Assembly: GCA_963756875.1 (NCBI GenBank)
Contig: CAVWPA010000003.1
Coordinates: 320,001-384,000 of the forward strand
Direction of reading: 5' to 3'
From: an uncultured Verrucomicrobiae bacterium
GTDB taxonomy: Bacteria; Verrucomicrobiota; Verrucomicrobiia; Chthoniobacterales; UBA10450
DNA length: 64,000 bases
A model generated the notes under the pieces. The model searched no databases and was not told the DNA's origin. It saw only the letters and a list, made by a program, of their open reading frames with translations. Both the position numbers and the translations under genes were made by a program. Positions 18,639 through 31,168 of the stretch are shown here, piece by piece; position 1 is the stretch's first letter; each line of letters starts with the position of its first letter.

Positions 18639-21383
18639 TCATAGCAGGATCTCCGCTCGCCATTCTTCCTCCGCGTGATCGACGTGCAGATCGAAGCCCA
18701 CCTCTTCGCTAACGCGTTTCATGGTGATGTTATCCGAGGCAATGTGGCCTACGATTCGGTGCAAACGCTCTTTGCGCCCAATTTGCACGAGCAACTTGAG
18801 GAGCTCGGTGCCGAGACCTTTTCCCTGCCACGGATCGCTGATCAAAACTGCGAACTCCGCTTCGTTCGTCCCGTGCTCCTTGATCAATCGCCCTACTCCA
18901 AGGATCTGGTGGGTTCCGTCGCCTTTTTTTAAATCGGCGACCAGCGCCATCTCGCGGTCGTAGTCAATAAAGCAAACCCGCCGCAACCGCTGATGCAGGG
19001 TTCTTTCCTGGAGGCTCAACGAACCAAGATAACGAAAGTGCACGCTCCGATCTGAAAGGGTGCGGTGAAATTCGACCATTAGTGGCTCGTCCTCCGGCCG
19101 GATCGGACGGATTGTCACTTCGATGTCGCCGACTTTGCAGGTCGTGATGTATTCGGCCGGATACGGCCGGATTGTCGATTTCGGGAGGTCGTCGTCGGAC
19201 ACGCGCGCGTCGTGCAACACGATCCTGGCGTCGAGCGCGACAATCTGTTTCGACGAAACGACAAGTGGATTGATGTCGATCTCCTTGATCCGGGGCTGTT
19301 CAATGACCAGTTGACTGAACCGCACGAGAAGTTCTTCCAATTCGGCCGGATCGACCGCGCTCCGTCCGCGAAAACCCTTGAACGCAGTGTGAATTTGCGT
19401 CCGCTCGATGAGCCGCCGCGCCAGTGTGCGGTTGAGCGGCGGAAGCCCCAGCGCGCGATCTTTGAAAACTTCGACAAAATATCCGCCGGCGCCGAAAAGA
19501 AGCACCGGTCCGAATTGTGGATCGATGCTGCTGCCCAGAATCAGCTCGTAGCCGTCATTTGCGATCATCGGCTGGACGGTCACGCCGAGAAAGGCTTTGC
19601 AGCCGCGGTCGCTGACCGCGGAACCGGGATCAGCGATCCTGGCTACAGATTTTTCAATCGTGCGGTACGCGCGGCCCACCGCCGCTGCACCCTGCAGATT
19701 CAGTTTCACACCGCCGACATCGCTCTTGTGCGTGATCGTTTTGGAATAAACCTTCAACGCGACGGGGCCGCCGATTTTCTTGGCCAGATCGACAGCTTCC
19801 TTTTCGCTCGTTGCGATTTCTGTCTGGACGATGGGAATTCCGTAAGCAGCCAAGAGTTGTTTCGATTCGACTTCAGTCAGCAGCGCCCGCCCGGTTCTTA
19901 GCGCCTCTTTGATGATTTTCTTGGCCAGGGATTTATTGAGGTCTGCGCTCGTTATCAACGCCGGCGTTTCGTAAAGCGCGTCGAGGTTTCGCGAGTAACG
20001 CCACATCATGCAGAACGCGCGGGCAGCTGCATCGGGATAATCAAACGTGGGAACGCCCGCGGCGTTCAAAACTTCGACGCCGGGACGAACTCCCGAACCA
20101 CCGATCCAGCTTGCGAGAATCGGTTTAGTGTTCAGTTTTGCAAACGGCCGCAATTTCTTGGCAGTCGCGCTCGATTCGGTTACCGCCTGTGGCGCGAGGA
20201 TCACCAGCAGCCCATCGTTATTTTGGTCGCGCGCGACAATCTCGATTGCTTTTTCATAACGCTCCGCATCAGCGTCGCCCAGGATGTCCACGGGATTATT
20301 GCGGCTCCAGTGCGGCGGCAAAAGCCTGTTCAATTCGTCGAGGGTTTTGCCGGACAACTCCGCCAGTTTTCCGCCGCACTCGATCAGTGCATCCGTGGCC
20401 AGCACGCCTAAGCCGCCGCCGTTGGTCACAATCGCCAGACGAGGACCGGACGGACGCGGTTGTTTGCCGAGGAGTTCGGTGAGATCGAACAACTCCTCGA
20501 TTGTCTCCACGCGCAGAACACCGACCCTGCGAAAGGCGGCGTCGAGCACGTCATCGCTGCCGGTCAGAGCGCCGGTGTGGGAGGCAGCGGCTTTCGCGGC
20601 GGCCTGGGTGCGGCCCACCTTGATGACAATGATCGGTTTTGTCAGTGCCACTTCGCGCGCGGCGGAAAGGAACGAACGCGCGTCGCCGACCGATTCCATG
20701 TAAAGCAGAATGCTGCGGGTATGCGGGTCGTCACCGAGCTGATAAATCAAATCGCCCCAGTTCACATCGGCCATCGAACCGATGGAAATGAACGCGCTGA
20801 ATCCGACTCGATTGGCCAGACTCCAATCGAGAATGGCCGTGCAAAGCGCGCCGCTCTGGCTGATGAACCCGATGCTCCCGGGCAGCGCCAGCGGTTTGGC
20901 AAATGTTGCGTTCAGGCCGATGTGCGGCAGCATCACGCCGACACAATTCGGACCAACGATCCGCATCCGGCCGCGCTGTGCGAGAATCTCTTTTTCCAAT
21001 TCCGCGCCGGCCGGTCCGCATTCCTTGAATCCGGCCGAAATAATGACCGCGCCCTTCACGCCGAAAGACGCGCATTCGTGAACGATCCCGGGCACCGTGG
21101 CCGCCGGCGTGGCAATCACCGCCAGATCGATCGCCTCGGGGACTTTTCTGATTGTCTGGAATGCCTTTTTCCCAAGGATCGTCGAGTGCTGCGGATTCAC
21201 CGGGAAAACGCGGCCGCCAAACGATTGAAGATTTTCCATCAATGCGCGTCCCACACTGGCGGGCTTTTCGCTTGCCCCGATCAGAGCGACCGATTTCGGC
21301 GCAAACATTGCCTCGAGAATCGAACGCCGATCAGGCAAGGCATCGCGAATGCATTTGTCTTTCGTAGCAGATGTCCTGCTCAC
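18639..21383 (-). CDS. pat: Bifunctional NDP-forming acyl-CoA ligase-like/GNAT protein acetyltransferase (Pat/Pka type)
   Basis: [30 protein letters not shown]-grasp [14 protein letters not shown]-terminal GNAT WQGKGLG. Confidence 0.9.
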   Translation of the reverse strand: MSRTSATKDKCIRDALPDRRSILEAMFAPKSVALIGASEKPASVGRALMENLQSFGGRVFPVNPQHSTILGKKAFQTIRKVPEAIDLAVIATPAATVPGIVHECASFGVKGAVIISAGFKECGPAGAELEKEILAQRGRMRIVGPNCVGVMLPHIGLNATFAKPLALPGSIGFISQSGALCTAILDWSLANRVGFSAFISIGSMADVNWGDLIYQLGDDPHTRSILLYMESVGDARSFLSAAREVALTKPIIVIKVGRTQAAAKAAASHTGALTGSDDVLDAAFRRVGVLRVETIEELFDLTELLGKQPRPSGPRLAIVTNGGGLGVLATDALIECGGKLAELSGKTLDELNRLLPPHWSRNNPVDILGDADAERYEKAIEIVARDQNNDGLLVILAPQAVTESSATAKKLRPFAKLNTKPILASWIGGSGVRPGVEVLNAAGVPTFDYPDAAARAFCMMWRYSRNLDALYETPALITSADLNKSLAKKIIKEALRTGRALLTEVESKQLLAAYGIPIVQTEIATSEKEAVDLAKKIGGPVALKVYSKTITHKSDVGGVKLNLQGAAAVGRAYRTIEKSVARIADPGSAVSDRGCKAFLGVTVQPMIANDGYELILGSSIDPQFGPVLLFGAGGYFVEVFKDRALGLPPLNRTLARRLIERTQIHTAFKGFRGRSAVDPAELEELLVRFSQLVIEQPRIKEIDINPLVVSSKQIVALDARIVLHDARVSDDDLPKSTIRPYPAEYITTCKVGDIEVTIRPIRPEDEPLMVEFHRTLSDRSVHFRYLGSLSLQERTLHQRLRRVCFIDYDREMALVADLKKGDGTHQILGVGRLIKEHGTNEAEFAVLISDPWQGKGLGTELLKLLVQIGRKERLHRIVGHIASDNITMKRVSEEVGFDLHVDHAEEEWRAEILL
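19598..19647. repeat. REP-like inverted doublet lying in frame inside pat
   Basis: TGCAG-CCGCGGTC-GCT-GACCGCGG-AA-CCGGGATC-AGC-GATCCTGG-CTACA, encoding [17 protein letters not shown]. Confidence 0.85.
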
Positions 21384-21419
21384 ACAAATACAATTGTGAA
21401 CCTGGATTGCCTTGTCCAG

Positions 21420-24103
21420 TTAGTCCGTTCTTGGCTTTTGCTCTCCACCTCTTGACGGTGGCTCTGCCTTGGTTGCGGGTTTAGGTTCGGACTTTGCGCC
21501 TGGTTTGATTTCAGGTTTTGGCTCAACCTTGGCTTCGGGCTTGCGCTGAGGCCCTGGCTTCCGGTGTGGCTCCAGCTTTGGTGTGATCCAAAATCCAATA
21601 GGCGACCAGTTTCACGCGGTCATTCACGAGCGCCCAAGACAGAGCATAGATCCACACGAATACGGCCCATTTCCACGGGAGTGGTGCCATAAAAAACCCA
21701 AAAACCGCAATCAGTGTTGCCACGATTTGCGTGCCGAGCACCGCTCCCCATAAAATCTTTGCCGGGCGGATGGACCAGAACGGGCCGCGCGTTCTCGTTA
21801 GGAAAATCGTCAGATGTCCGGCCACGGACAGCTTCAGGTACATCAGCGTTTGGATGTGCGACCGGTCAAGATGAAAGACGCGCTCACCAAGATAAAACAG
21901 GCCAAACGCGGACACGACCCCGATGACACCCAGCGCCGTGGAGATCCCCAGCACCATGCGCATGTTCCAGGCCTCGGGTTTGTTCCGGTAATGAACGTTG
22001 TCATAGGCGATGGATAGGATGGCGCCGTCATTGAGCAACGCGATCATCACGATCATGACCGCGGTCACGGGGTAGAACTTAAAGACCAGGATCGCCAGCG
22101 TCATAAAGAACAGCACGCGCAGCGTCTCGGCGATGCGGTAGATCGCGTAGCTATTCATTCGCTGGAAGATTTTCCGGCTCTCCTTGATCGCGTCGATGAT
22201 CACCGACAGCCCTGGCGCCACCAGCACGATGGACGCAGCCGCGCGGGCCGCGTCGGTCGCGCCGGAAACGGCGATGCCGCAGTCGGCTTTCTTCAGTGCG
22301 GGGGCGTCATTCACCCCGTCGCCGGTCATCCCAACAATGTGCCCAAGTTTTTGCAGGACATCGACAATGTGGTACTTGTGTTCCGGGAAGACCTGGGCGA
22401 AGCCGTCCGCCTTTTCGATGGACTCGGCCACCTCCGCGGTCTCTTGCTTTTTCGAGTCGCCCAAGCTGGCCGCATCCAGGATATTGGTGCCCATATCCAG
22501 CTTCTTGGCGGTCTCCTTTGCGATGGCCAGGGCATCGCCCGTCACCATTTTGACCTTCACACCCATCTGGCGAGCCTCCGCGACGGTTGCCTTGGCATCG
22601 TCCCGCGGCGGATCGAACAGCGGCAACACACCGAGAAACTTCCACGGGCCATCCTGGTCGGATCGCGCCACGCCCAGCGAGCGAAAGCCCCGTGTGGCGA
22701 AGTCGTTGACGGCTTTATCAGCAGCGGGCTTCACCTGAGCGGCGTCGCCCGATAACTTCAGGATCACCTGCGGCGCGCCCTTGGCCACCTTGAACGTTTT
22801 TCCGTCCTTGGCTTTGACCGTGGCCTCGGTGCGTTTATGCACCGGGTCGAACGGCTGGAAATGCACCACGTCATAGCCCTTCAGCGCATCCTTGTTTTTC
22901 AGCCCGGCGAGAACGGCCAGATCAATCGTGTCGTTGTCGTCCGCGCGCGACGCCAGCGCGCCACTGAGGATAACTTGATCGGCCGATATTCCATTAACAG
23001 TAAAGGGATCGCCCAGCGTCAGCTTGTTCTGGGTCAGGGTGCCGGTCTTGTCCGCGCACAGAACGTCCACGCCCGCCAATTCCTCGATAGCCTCCAACTT
23101 GCTCACTATCGCCTGCTTTTTGGCGAGCAGGCGCGCGCCGACCGCCATCGTCACCGACAACACCGTAGGCATGGCCACGGGAATGGCCGCGACCGTGAGG
23201 ATAAGGGCGAATAAGAGGACAGGGTCCTTGGGAGCTTTCGCGTAGAGCATCGGTTCACCGCGGAAGTACCCGACCGTAATAATCACGGCCACCAGAGCCA
23301 CCGCGAGGATGATCAGGTATTTGCCGATCTTCAGGACGGCCTGTTGGAAATGGCTGACGGTGTGCGCCTCCTCCACGAGTTTTGCCGTCTTGCCAAAGTA
23401 GGTGTCGGTGCCCGTGGCATAGACCAGTGCGCCGATTTCACCGCGCTTGATGACCGACCCCGAAAAAACTGCCTCGCCCGGATTTCCGCGTGGCGGGCAA
23501 TGACTCTCCCGTCAGCGCGGACTGATCCACTGACACTTCGTCGCCGGCCAGCAAGCGTGCATCCGCCGGCACAATGTCGCCCAGGCGCAAGCGGATCACG
23601 TCTCCCGGCACCAACTCACGCGCCGCCGGGTTGACCCATTTCCCATCCCGCTTCACCCGTGCCTTGATCGCCAGTCTGGCCTTCAGGGCGTCGATGGCGT
23701 TGCCTGCCTGGCGTTCTTCCCAGAATCCGACCACGGCGTTGCAAAGAAGCAAAAAGAGGATGATGCCAAAATCCTCCCAGTGCCGGACCACGCCCGAAAG
23801 AATCACCGCCGCTTCAATCATCCACGGGATGGGACCCCAGAAGTAGCTGAGGAATTTTAGAAGCGGATTAGTCTTCTTTTCTTCAATCTCGTTAGGCCCA
23901 TATTGGGTCAGCCGTTTCTGCGCCTCGGCTTGGGTGAGGCCGTCCGGCGACGACCCCAGCTTCTTCTCCACTTCCGCCATGGGCAGGGTTTTCAGATCGT
24001 CTTTCGCGTCGGGCTTAGCGTCAGATTCAGCCTGAGGCTTAGCCCCGGACCTGGCAGCAGACTTCGACTGGGGAGCCTTGGGCTGGTCGCTACTAGCCTT
24101 CAT
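21420..24103 (-). CDS. Plasma-membrane-type (P3A) proton-efflux P-type ATPase with a frameshift at about 23477-23479 and probably another at about 21540
   Basis: FWGPIPWMIEAA, DQSALTGES, AIPVAMPTV, DKTGTLT, PFDPVHKRT, LNDGAILSIAYD. Split across ORFs 23438-24103 and 21523-23376. A K/P/E-rich tail runs in another frame to 21420. Confidence 0.88.
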
Positions 24104-24164
24104 AATAATATCCCCTGCAACTTCCGGTTACCGAGGACGAATTTCCGGCGCATGTCCGTCTCCG

Positions 24165-24380
24165 CTACCTTGCGACGCCACCTGACTGCGGCTGGCGCGG
24201 TTGGGAGTGAGGCCGCCAGGCCAGGTCTTCGCTCATGACATAGACAATCATGGCGATAAACATCAACACCACGCCGACCCATAGGCGCCAATCGGTATGA
24301 GCGCGCTTCCAGTAAGGAACGTGACTGTGCTGACCGCCGCCGCTATCTGATGCGGGCCGATGGTGATGATGTCTGCTCAT
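24165..24380 (-). CDS. Small His-rich single-TM membrane protein (71 aa)
   Basis: MSRHHHH...PYWKRAHTDWRLW plus one TM. Co-oriented between xfp and the H+-ATPase. Confidence 0.65.
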   Translation of the reverse strand: MSRHHHHRPASDSGGGQHSHVPYWKRAHTDWRLWVGVVLMFIAMIVYVMSEDLAWRPHSQPRQPQSGGVAR

Positions 24381-24434
24381 TTGTTGTTACTTCGAGATCC
24401 TATCTCTATTGATCTCGCGACGCGTTGTTTGGAC

Positions 24435-26801
24435 TTAGCTCCGCTCCCACCTCCAGTTCCTAATCTCCGGCAAGTCCTGACCGTTTTTGTCGATGTAAAT
24501 CTTGTGCTCGATCAGCTTGTCCCGGAGTTGCTGCTTAAGGTAGAGGCCTTTTTCGCCGGTCTGCGGGACACGGTCAATCGTGTCCATGACGAGATGGAAA
24601 CGGTCCAACTCGTTGAGAACAGTCATGTCGAAGGGCGTGGTGATGGTGCCTTCTTCCTTGTAGCCGCGCACATGGATGTTGTCGTGGTTAGTGCGGCGAT
24701 AAGTCAGCCGGTGGATCAACCACGGGTAGGCGTGGAAAGCGAAGATGACCGGCCTGTCCTTGGTAAAGAGCTCGTCGAAATCGGTGTCGCTCAACCCGTG
24801 TGGATGTTCGCTCTGCGGCTGCAGTTTCATCAGATCAACGACGTTGACCACCCGGATTTTCAGGTCGGGCAGATGCTCGCGCATGATCGAGACAGCGGCG
24901 AGCGTCTCCAGGGTGGGCACGTCGCCGCAGCAGGCCATGACGACGTCAGGCGCGCCCTCCTGATCATTGCTGGCCCACGACCAGATGCCGATGCCCTCGG
25001 TGCAGTGCTTGACGGCTTCGTCCATCGTCAGCCACTGCGGCGCTTGATACTTGCCGGCGACCACGACGTTGACGTAGTGGCGGCTGCGCAAACAATGATC
25101 CCAGACCGAGAGCAGGCAGTTGGCATCCGGCGGCAAATAGACGCGCACGACGGAGGCTTTCTTGTTCACGACGTGATCGATGAAACCGGGATCCTGATGC
25201 GTGAATCCGTTGTGCATTTGCTGCCAGACATGCGAGGCGAGCAGATAGTTCAGCGACGCGATTTTTCGCCGCCACGGCAACTGCGCCGTGACCTTGAGCC
25301 ACTTGGCGTGTTGGTTGAACATCGAGTCGATGATATGGATGAACGCCTCGTAGCAATTGAAAAGCCCGTGCCGTCCAGTGAGCAGATAACCTTCGAGCCA
25401 TCCTTCGCATTGATGCTCGCTCAGCATTTCCATGACGCGGCCGTCCAGGGCGAGAAACTCATCGTTCTCCTGCGTCCGGGCGTCCCACTGCCGGTTGGTC
25501 GCCTCAAACACCGCGTTCAAGCGGTTGGAAAGCGTTTCGTCGGGACCGAAGATTCGGAAATTGCGTTGTTCCCGATTGAGCCTGGCCACGTCGCGCAGGA
25601 ACACGCCGAGTTCGTGCGTGTCCGCCGCGTGAACGGATCCCGGTGACGGCACGTTCACTGCGTATTTGCGAAAGTCCGGCATGACGAGGTCGCGGAGAAG
25701 AAGGCCGCCGTTGGCGTGGGGATTCGCGCCCATGCGGCGGTTGCCTCGGGGCGCGAGTTCGGCGAGTTCCGGTTTCAGCCGGCCTGACTCATCAAAGAGT
25801 TCCTCCGGACGGTAGCTGCGCAACCACTCCTCCAGCAGCTTGAGGTGTTCGGGATGGGCGGCATCCACCGCGAGCGGTATCTGGTGCGCGCGGAAGGTGC
25901 CTTCAATTTGCACGCCGTCCACCCACTTCGGGCCCGTCCAGCCTTTCGGAGATTTGAGGACAATCATGGGCCAGCGCGGCCGCATGGTGTTGCCGTTGAT
26001 GCGAGCTTCGTGCTGGATGCGTTTGATCTCTTCCACCGCGCGATCCAGCGTCGCCGCCATGGCCTCGTGCATCAGCGCCGGCTCGTGTCCCTCCACGTAA
26101 AGCGGCGTCCAACCGTTGGCGCGCAGGAACTGGTCCAGTTCCTCTGGCTCGATGCGGGCGAGGACGGTCGGGTTGGCGATCTTGTAACCGTTGAGGTGCA
26201 GGACGGGCAGCACGGCGCCGTCGGTGATGGGATCGAGAAACTTGTTCGACTGCCACGACGTGGCCAGCGGCCCGGTCTCCGCCTCGCCATCGCCCACACA
26301 GCAGGCCACGATGAGACTGGGATTGTCGAACACCGCACCGAAGGAATGGCTGAGTGAATAACCCAGTTCGCCGCCTTCGTGAATCGAACCCGGGCATTCC
26401 GGTGATGCGTGGCTGGGAATGCCGCCGGGAAACGAGAACTGCTTGAAGAGCTTTTGCAGCCCGGCCTCATTCTGGCTGATGTCGGGATAGATTTCGCTGT
26501 AAGTGCCCTCGAGATAAGTGTTGCTCACGACGGCCGGACCGCCGTGTCCCGGACCGGAGACATAGATCATGTCGAGGTCGTATTTCTTGATGACCCGGTT
26601 CAAGTGGACGTAGATGAAGTTCTGACCCGGCGTCGTGCCCCAGTGGCCGAGCAGCATGTGCTTGATGTCGGTGAGCGTGAGCGGCCGCTTCAGCAACGGA
26701 TTGTCGAAGAGATAAATCTGGCCAACCGACAGGTAGTTCGCGGCCCGCCAATAGGCGTCCATTTTGCGGAGCAGTTCCGGCGTGAGTGTGTTGGCATTCA
26801 T
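24435..26801 (-). CDS. xfp: Xylulose-5-P/fructose-6-P phosphoketolase
   Basis: [58 protein letters not shown]. Confidence 0.97.
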   Translation of the reverse strand: MNANTLTPELLRKMDAYWRAANYLSVGQIYLFDNPLLKRPLTLTDIKHMLLGHWGTTPGQNFIYVHLNRVIKKYDLDMIYVSGPGHGGPAVVSNTYLEGTYSEIYPDISQNEAGLQKLFKQFSFPGGIPSHASPECPGSIHEGGELGYSLSHSFGAVFDNPSLIVACCVGDGEAETGPLATSWQSNKFLDPITDGAVLPVLHLNGYKIANPTVLARIEPEELDQFLRANGWTPLYVEGHEPALMHEAMAATLDRAVEEIKRIQHEARINGNTMRPRWPMIVLKSPKGWTGPKWVDGVQIEGTFRAHQIPLAVDAAHPEHLKLLEEWLRSYRPEELFDESGRLKPELAELAPRGNRRMGANPHANGGLLLRDLVMPDFRKYAVNVPSPGSVHAADTHELGVFLRDVARLNREQRNFRIFGPDETLSNRLNAVFEATNRQWDARTQENDEFLALDGRVMEMLSEHQCEGWLEGYLLTGRHGLFNCYEAFIHIIDSMFNQHAKWLKVTAQLPWRRKIASLNYLLASHVWQQMHNGFTHQDPGFIDHVVNKKASVVRVYLPPDANCLLSVWDHCLRSRHYVNVVVAGKYQAPQWLTMDEAVKHCTEGIGIWSWASNDQEGAPDVVMACCGDVPTLETLAAVSIMREHLPDLKIRVVNVVDLMKLQPQSEHPHGLSDTDFDELFTKDRPVIFAFHAYPWLIHRLTYRRTNHDNIHVRGYKEEGTITTPFDMTVLNELDRFHLVMDTIDRVPQTGEKGLYLKQQLRDKLIEHKIYIDKNGQDLPEIRNWRWERS

Positions 26802-28000
26802 AATTTATCTTTTTTCTGTGCGCCGAGGCGGAGGACGCAGCTGACCGACCTTGCAATCATGAGTTCTTCGTCCGTGCGAATGACGCGAACCGCAACCCGG
26901 CTGGCGTCCGTGGAAATCACCCCTGAAGTCTCGGCGTTGCGCGCCTCATTCAATTCAAGGCCGAGAAAGCTCAGGCCCTGGCAGATTCGGGCGCGGACGA
27001 GCGGCGCGTTTTCGCCGATGCCGCCGGCGAAGACGAGCGTGTCCAATCCGCCGAGCGCGGCGGCAAAGGAACCGATCCACTTTTTCGCCTGATAACAGAA
27101 AAGCGCGACGGCTTCGGCGGCGCGGACATCCTTCGCTTCCCGGCGAAGCAATTCCTGCATGTCGGAGCTCGTTTCCGATACGCCGAGCAATCCCGATTCT
27201 TCGTTGACCATGTGATGGAATTGCTTTGCTGTCACATGCTCGGCCTGTGAGAGGTACCAGCCCAGGCCAGGATCCAAATCTCCGGAACGAGTGCTCATGG
27301 GGATGCCGGCTGCCGGTGTAAACGCCATGCTTGTATCGATGCTTCTACCGCCGCGCACTGCGGTAATGCTCGCGCCGTTGCCCAGGTGCGCCAGAATCAC
27401 GCGGCCATCTGCGGCCTCCGCCCCTGCCAGGCGAGCAAGCTCCTCTATAATATAAGCGCACGAAATCCCGTGAAATCCGTAGCGTCGAACTCCCTTCACA
27501 TTGTAACGCCGCGGAATCGGAAGCAGCTGCGCCACACGCGGCATGTCGTGGTGGAATGCCGTGTCGAAACAGGCAACCTGTGGAAGCTGCGGGAAGCGCC
27601 GATGGAAAGCCTCGGTCAACAAGATCTCCTCCGGCAGATGTTCCGGGTCGAACGGGCTGAGCTCGTGCAAGGTGGCGATCATTTCCGGCGTGATGCGTTG
27701 CGGCTCCCAATATTTCGGCCCGCCATGCACCACTCGATGCCCTACCGCCGTCAACGCGTCGCGCTCGATTATTTCCTGGAGCCAATCCATCAACAGGTTC
27801 ACCGCAGCCGTGTGGTCCGGCGTGGTTACAGAACGCGAAATGTTGCCGGCGTCGTTTGAACTCTTCACCGTAAAGCGACCCCGCGGAAGACCGATCCCTT
27901 CAATGTGGCCTGCGAGAATCCGACGCAGCGTCTCGTCTGCGTCGAACAACGCGAACTTAATACTCGACGAGCCGCCGTTGATCGTGAGGATTTGGTTCAT
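26798..28000 (-). CDS. ackA: Acetate/propionate kinase
   Basis: Start reassigned to ATG 28000 ([19 protein letters not shown]). [38 protein letters not shown]. Confidence 0.95.
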   Translation of the reverse strand: MNQILTINGGSSSIKFALFDADETLRRILAGHIEGIGLPRGRFTVKSSNDAGNISRSVTTPDHTAAVNLLMDWLQEIIERDALTAVGHRVVHGGPKYWEPQRITPEMIATLHELSPFDPEHLPEEILLTEAFHRRFPQLPQVACFDTAFHHDMPRVAQLLPIPRRYNVKGVRRYGFHGISCAYIIEELARLAGAEAADGRVILAHLGNGASITAVRGGRSIDTSMAFTPAAGIPMSTRSGDLDPGLGWYLSQAEHVTAKQFHHMVNEESGLLGVSETSSDMQELLRREAKDVRAAEAVALFCYQAKKWIGSFAAALGGLDTLVFAGGIGENAPLVRARICQGLSFLGLELNEARNAETSGVISTDASRVAVRVIRTDEELMIARSVSCVLRLGAQKKDKL

Positions 28001-28070
28001 TGACTTCTGACAACATGACCCTCCAAGGGGGACCGCGAAAGGCCGGTCGGCCGGATTTGGTAAAAACGCG

Positions 28071-28150
28071 TGTAGCCGCGCCGCTGTGCGGCGCGCGGCA
28101 TTGACTGCGTTAATCACGCGAGCGCGCGTCGCCGGCAGGGCAACGGCTAC
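28071..28150. repeat. REP-like inverted doublet between fbaB and ackA
   Basis: TGTAG-CC-GCGCCG/CTGTG/CGGCGC ... GTCGCC/GGCAG/GGCAAC-GG-CTAC. Confidence 0.75.
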
Positions 28151-28162
28151 GCCAGTTGGGTC

Positions 28163-29236
28163 TTAAGCCACCGTCACGTCGGAACAGAGATAAACATCCT
28201 GAATCGCGTTCAGGAGTTTGATGCCGTCGGCCATCGGTTTCTGGAACGCTTTGCGGCCGCTGATCACGCCCATCCCGCCCGCGCGCTTGTTGATAACCGC
28301 CGTGCGAACCGCGTCGGCAAGATCGTTTTTGCCGGACGGGCCGCCGGAGTTGATCAGACCGATGCGTCCCATGTAATTGTTGATTACCTGATAACGGGCA
28401 AGATCGATCGGATTGTCGCTGCTCAACTCTGTGTACATTCGCTCGTCGTATTTGCCATAGCCCGGTTTCTCGGCATTCAACGCTTTGTACCCGCCGTTCT
28501 GGGTGGGCAGTTTTTGTTTGATAATGTCCGCCTCGATGGTGGCGCCAAGATGATTGGCCTGCCCCGTCAGGTCGGCGCTGCTGTGATGATCTACGCCACC
28601 GACCTTGAACGCCTTATTGCGCAGGTAACACCAGAGTATTGTCGCCAGACCAAGCTCATGCGCTTGCGCGAACGCCTGGCTGATCTCGACAATTTGCCGG
28701 CCGCTTTCTTCCGAGCCGAAATAGATGGTCGCGCCTACCGCCACCGCGCCGAGATCGTACGCCTGCTTCACGCTGGCGAACAGGATCTGGTCGAATTGGT
28801 TTGGGTAGGTGAGCAACTCATTGTGATTGATCTTCACAATGAACGGGATCTTGTGCGCGTAACGGCGAGAAATGCTGCCCAGCACTCCCAGTGTGGAAGC
28901 AATCGCATTGCAACCGCCTTCCATGGCGAGGTGGACAAGGTTTTCACCGTCGAAATACTCAGGGTTGGCGGCGAATGATGCGCCGGCCGAATGTTCGATT
29001 CCCTGGTCCACCGGCAGAATGGAGACATACCCGGTGCCGGCGAGTCTTCCGTGCGACAGCAAGGCCTGCACGTTGCGCAGCACGCGCGGCGACCGGTCCA
29101 TGGGCGCAAAAATCCGGTCCACCCAGTCTGTTCCGGGCAGATGAAGTTTGTCTTTGGTCATCGTTTTGCATTTGTGTTGCAGCAACGATTCAGCTTCGTC
29201 GCCGAGCGCTTTTGTGATTTGGTCGATTGTCTTCAT
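28163..29236 (-). CDS. fbaB: Class I fructose-bisphosphate aldolase (FbaB/DhnA type)
   Basis: [46 protein letters not shown]. Confidence 0.95.
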   Translation of the reverse strand: MKTIDQITKALGDEAESLLQHKCKTMTKDKLHLPGTDWVDRIFAPMDRSPRVLRNVQALLSHGRLAGTGYVSILPVDQGIEHSAGASFAANPEYFDGENLVHLAMEGGCNAIASTLGVLGSISRRYAHKIPFIVKINHNELLTYPNQFDQILFASVKQAYDLGAVAVGATIYFGSEESGRQIVEISQAFAQAHELGLATILWCYLRNKAFKVGGVDHHSSADLTGQANHLGATIEADIIKQKLPTQNGGYKALNAEKPGYGKYDERMYTELSSDNPIDLARYQVINNYMGRIGLINSGGPSGKNDLADAVRTAVINKRAGGMGVISGRKAFQKPMADGIKLLNAIQDVYLCSDVTVA

Positions 29237-29407
29237 CAGTGCACCTCCATCTTCGGGTAAATCATAACATCAAGGGCGCCGGTTGGCGCGGACATTGATA
29301 TGGCTTTCGTGCTTCTCATGGGTTGGGGTTCCTTTCTCTGTTTTCGTGTCGGCAGGGTCCATTACTCCTCCCATTTCGTATTAAAAATGTCCCTGGCGTC
29401 AATCCAT

Positions 29408-31057
29408 TCATAAACCCCCAGCGATCGCATCCCTCACGATTGCCCGGGCTTCCTCCAGAATCCTATGCAGATGATCGGTCCCCAGAAAACTCTCCGCGTA
29501 AATCTTGTAGATTTCTTCCGTTCCCGACGGCCGGGCTGCGAACCATCCGTTCTCGGTAATCACTTTCAACCCGCCGATGGGCGCGTCGTTGCCGGGCGCC
29601 CGGGTGAGGATCGACGCAATTTTCTCGCCGGCCAACTCGGTTTCCCGGACCTGTTTCGGCGAAAGTTTCTTTAAGATTTCCTTCTGCTCGGCAGTTGCCG
29701 GAGCTTCAACGCGATCGTAAACAGGTGCGCCAAGCTCGTTTGTTAGGCCGGAATAAATCTCGGCGGGATCGCGCCCCATTCGTGCCGTAATTTCCGCCGC
29801 AAGCAGCGCGAGGAGCATCCCGTCCTTGTCGGTCGTCCAGACGCTGCCGTCACGCCTAACGAAAACCGCGCCCGCGCTTTCTTCGCCGGCGAAGCCGAAG
29901 GAGCCGTCCAGTAAACCGTCCACGAACCATTTGAATCCGACCGGCACCTCGCAAAGGTTCCGGCCCAGCTTCGCCGCCACGCGATCGATCATCTGGCTGC
30001 TGACCAGCGTCTTGCCTACGGCCGCATCTTTGCGCCAGTTCGCTCGGTGCTGGAAAAGATAAAAAATCGCTGCAGAAAGATAATGGTTAGGCGGCAGCAG
30101 ACCCGCGCTGCGGGTGACAATTCCGTGACGGTCGTGGTCTGTGTCACAAGCAAAAGCAATTTGAAACCGGTCTTTGAGTCCGATCAGCCTTTGCATCGCG
30201 TAGGGGGACGACGGGTCCATGCGAATCTGGCCGTCCCAATCAATCGTCATGAAACGGAACGTTGGATCGACAACGTCGTTGACGATTGTCAGATTCAGTC
30301 TGTAGCGGTCGGCAATCGGTCCCCAATAATGGACTCCCGCACCGCCGAGCGGATCGACGCCGAGGCTGATCTTTGAGTCGCGAATCGTTTCCATGTCGAG
30401 CGCGTTGCCAAGATCGCCGATGTAGGCATTGAGGTAATCGTGCCGATGCGTGGTCGTGGCGTGAAGCGCCCTCTCATACGCCACTCGCTTCACGGTTTTA
30501 AGATCGGATTCAAGAAACTCGTTAGCCTTTGCCTCGATCCAGCCGGTGACGTCGGTGTCCGCAGGCCCGCCGTTCGGCGGGTTGTATTTGAAGCCGCCAT
30601 CGCGAGGTGGATTGTGCGAAGGCGTGATGACAATCCCGTCCGCCAGTCCCGTTTTGCGCCCGCGATTGTAAGTGAGGATCGCGTGGGAGATGACTGGCGT
30701 AGGAGTGTATTCATCTTTTTCCGCAAGCATCACGTCTACTTCGTTAGCAGCCAATACTTCCAGAGCACTGGTTAGTGCCGGAACTGAAAGCGCGTGCGTG
30801 TCCATCCCCAGAAACAGCGGGCCGTCGATTCGCTGCTGTTTCCGGTAGAGGCAGATCGCCTGGCTGATAGCCAGGATATGCGCCTCGTTAAAGGTCCTTT
30901 CGAATGACGAACCGCGATGACCCGAGGTGCCGAATGCGACCCGTTGCGCGGGCACCGAAGGATCGGGCGTTTCGGTATAGTAGAAAGTCACAAGTCTGGA
31001 GACGTCGACCAAATCGGACTGGTCGGCCGGTTTTCCCGCACGCGGACTTACATTCAT
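29408..31057 (-). CDS. pgm: Phosphoglucomutase (glucose-1,6-bisphosphate-dependent)
   Basis: FGTSGHRG, TPSHNPP, DTDHDRH, GEESAG, RPSGTE. Start at ATG 31057. Confidence 0.96.
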   Translation of the reverse strand: MNVSPRAGKPADQSDLVDVSRLVTFYYTETPDPSVPAQRVAFGTSGHRGSSFERTFNEAHILAISQAICLYRKQQRIDGPLFLGMDTHALSVPALTSALEVLAANEVDVMLAEKDEYTPTPVISHAILTYNRGRKTGLADGIVITPSHNPPRDGGFKYNPPNGGPADTDVTGWIEAKANEFLESDLKTVKRVAYERALHATTTHRHDYLNAYIGDLGNALDMETIRDSKISLGVDPLGGAGVHYWGPIADRYRLNLTIVNDVVDPTFRFMTIDWDGQIRMDPSSPYAMQRLIGLKDRFQIAFACDTDHDRHGIVTRSAGLLPPNHYLSAAIFYLFQHRANWRKDAAVGKTLVSSQMIDRVAAKLGRNLCEVPVGFKWFVDGLLDGSFGFAGEESAGAVFVRRDGSVWTTDKDGMLLALLAAEITARMGRDPAEIYSGLTNELGAPVYDRVEAPATAEQKEILKKLSPKQVRETELAGEKIASILTRAPGNDAPIGGLKVITENGWFAARPSGTEEIYKIYAESFLGTDHLHRILEEARAIVRDAIAGGL

Positions 31058-31168
31058 GGCTTTCGTTTCAGATGGTTTGATGGCGCTTTCGAGGCTCGTG
31101 TTCGACAAGGCCCCCGCAAAGGTCGCACACTCGCGCGGTCTCCGTTGTCCCCGGTTTTCGCGAAACGG

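Noticed and set aside
20460..21455. 331-aa plus-strand ORF
   Set aside because: Antisense shadow of pat, as expected in high-GC DNA.
24360..25646. 428-aa plus-strand ORF
   Set aside because: Antisense shadow of xfp with no motifs.
28099..28116. ATTGAC-TGC-GTTAAT as a possible FNR box upstream of ackA
   Set aside because: Wrong spacing and poor second half-site for TTGAT-N4-ATCAA. It lies in the REP doublet spacer.
31143..31154. CGTTGTCCCCGG resembling half of a REP unit
   Set aside because: No GTAG foot or complementary arm. Too short to support.
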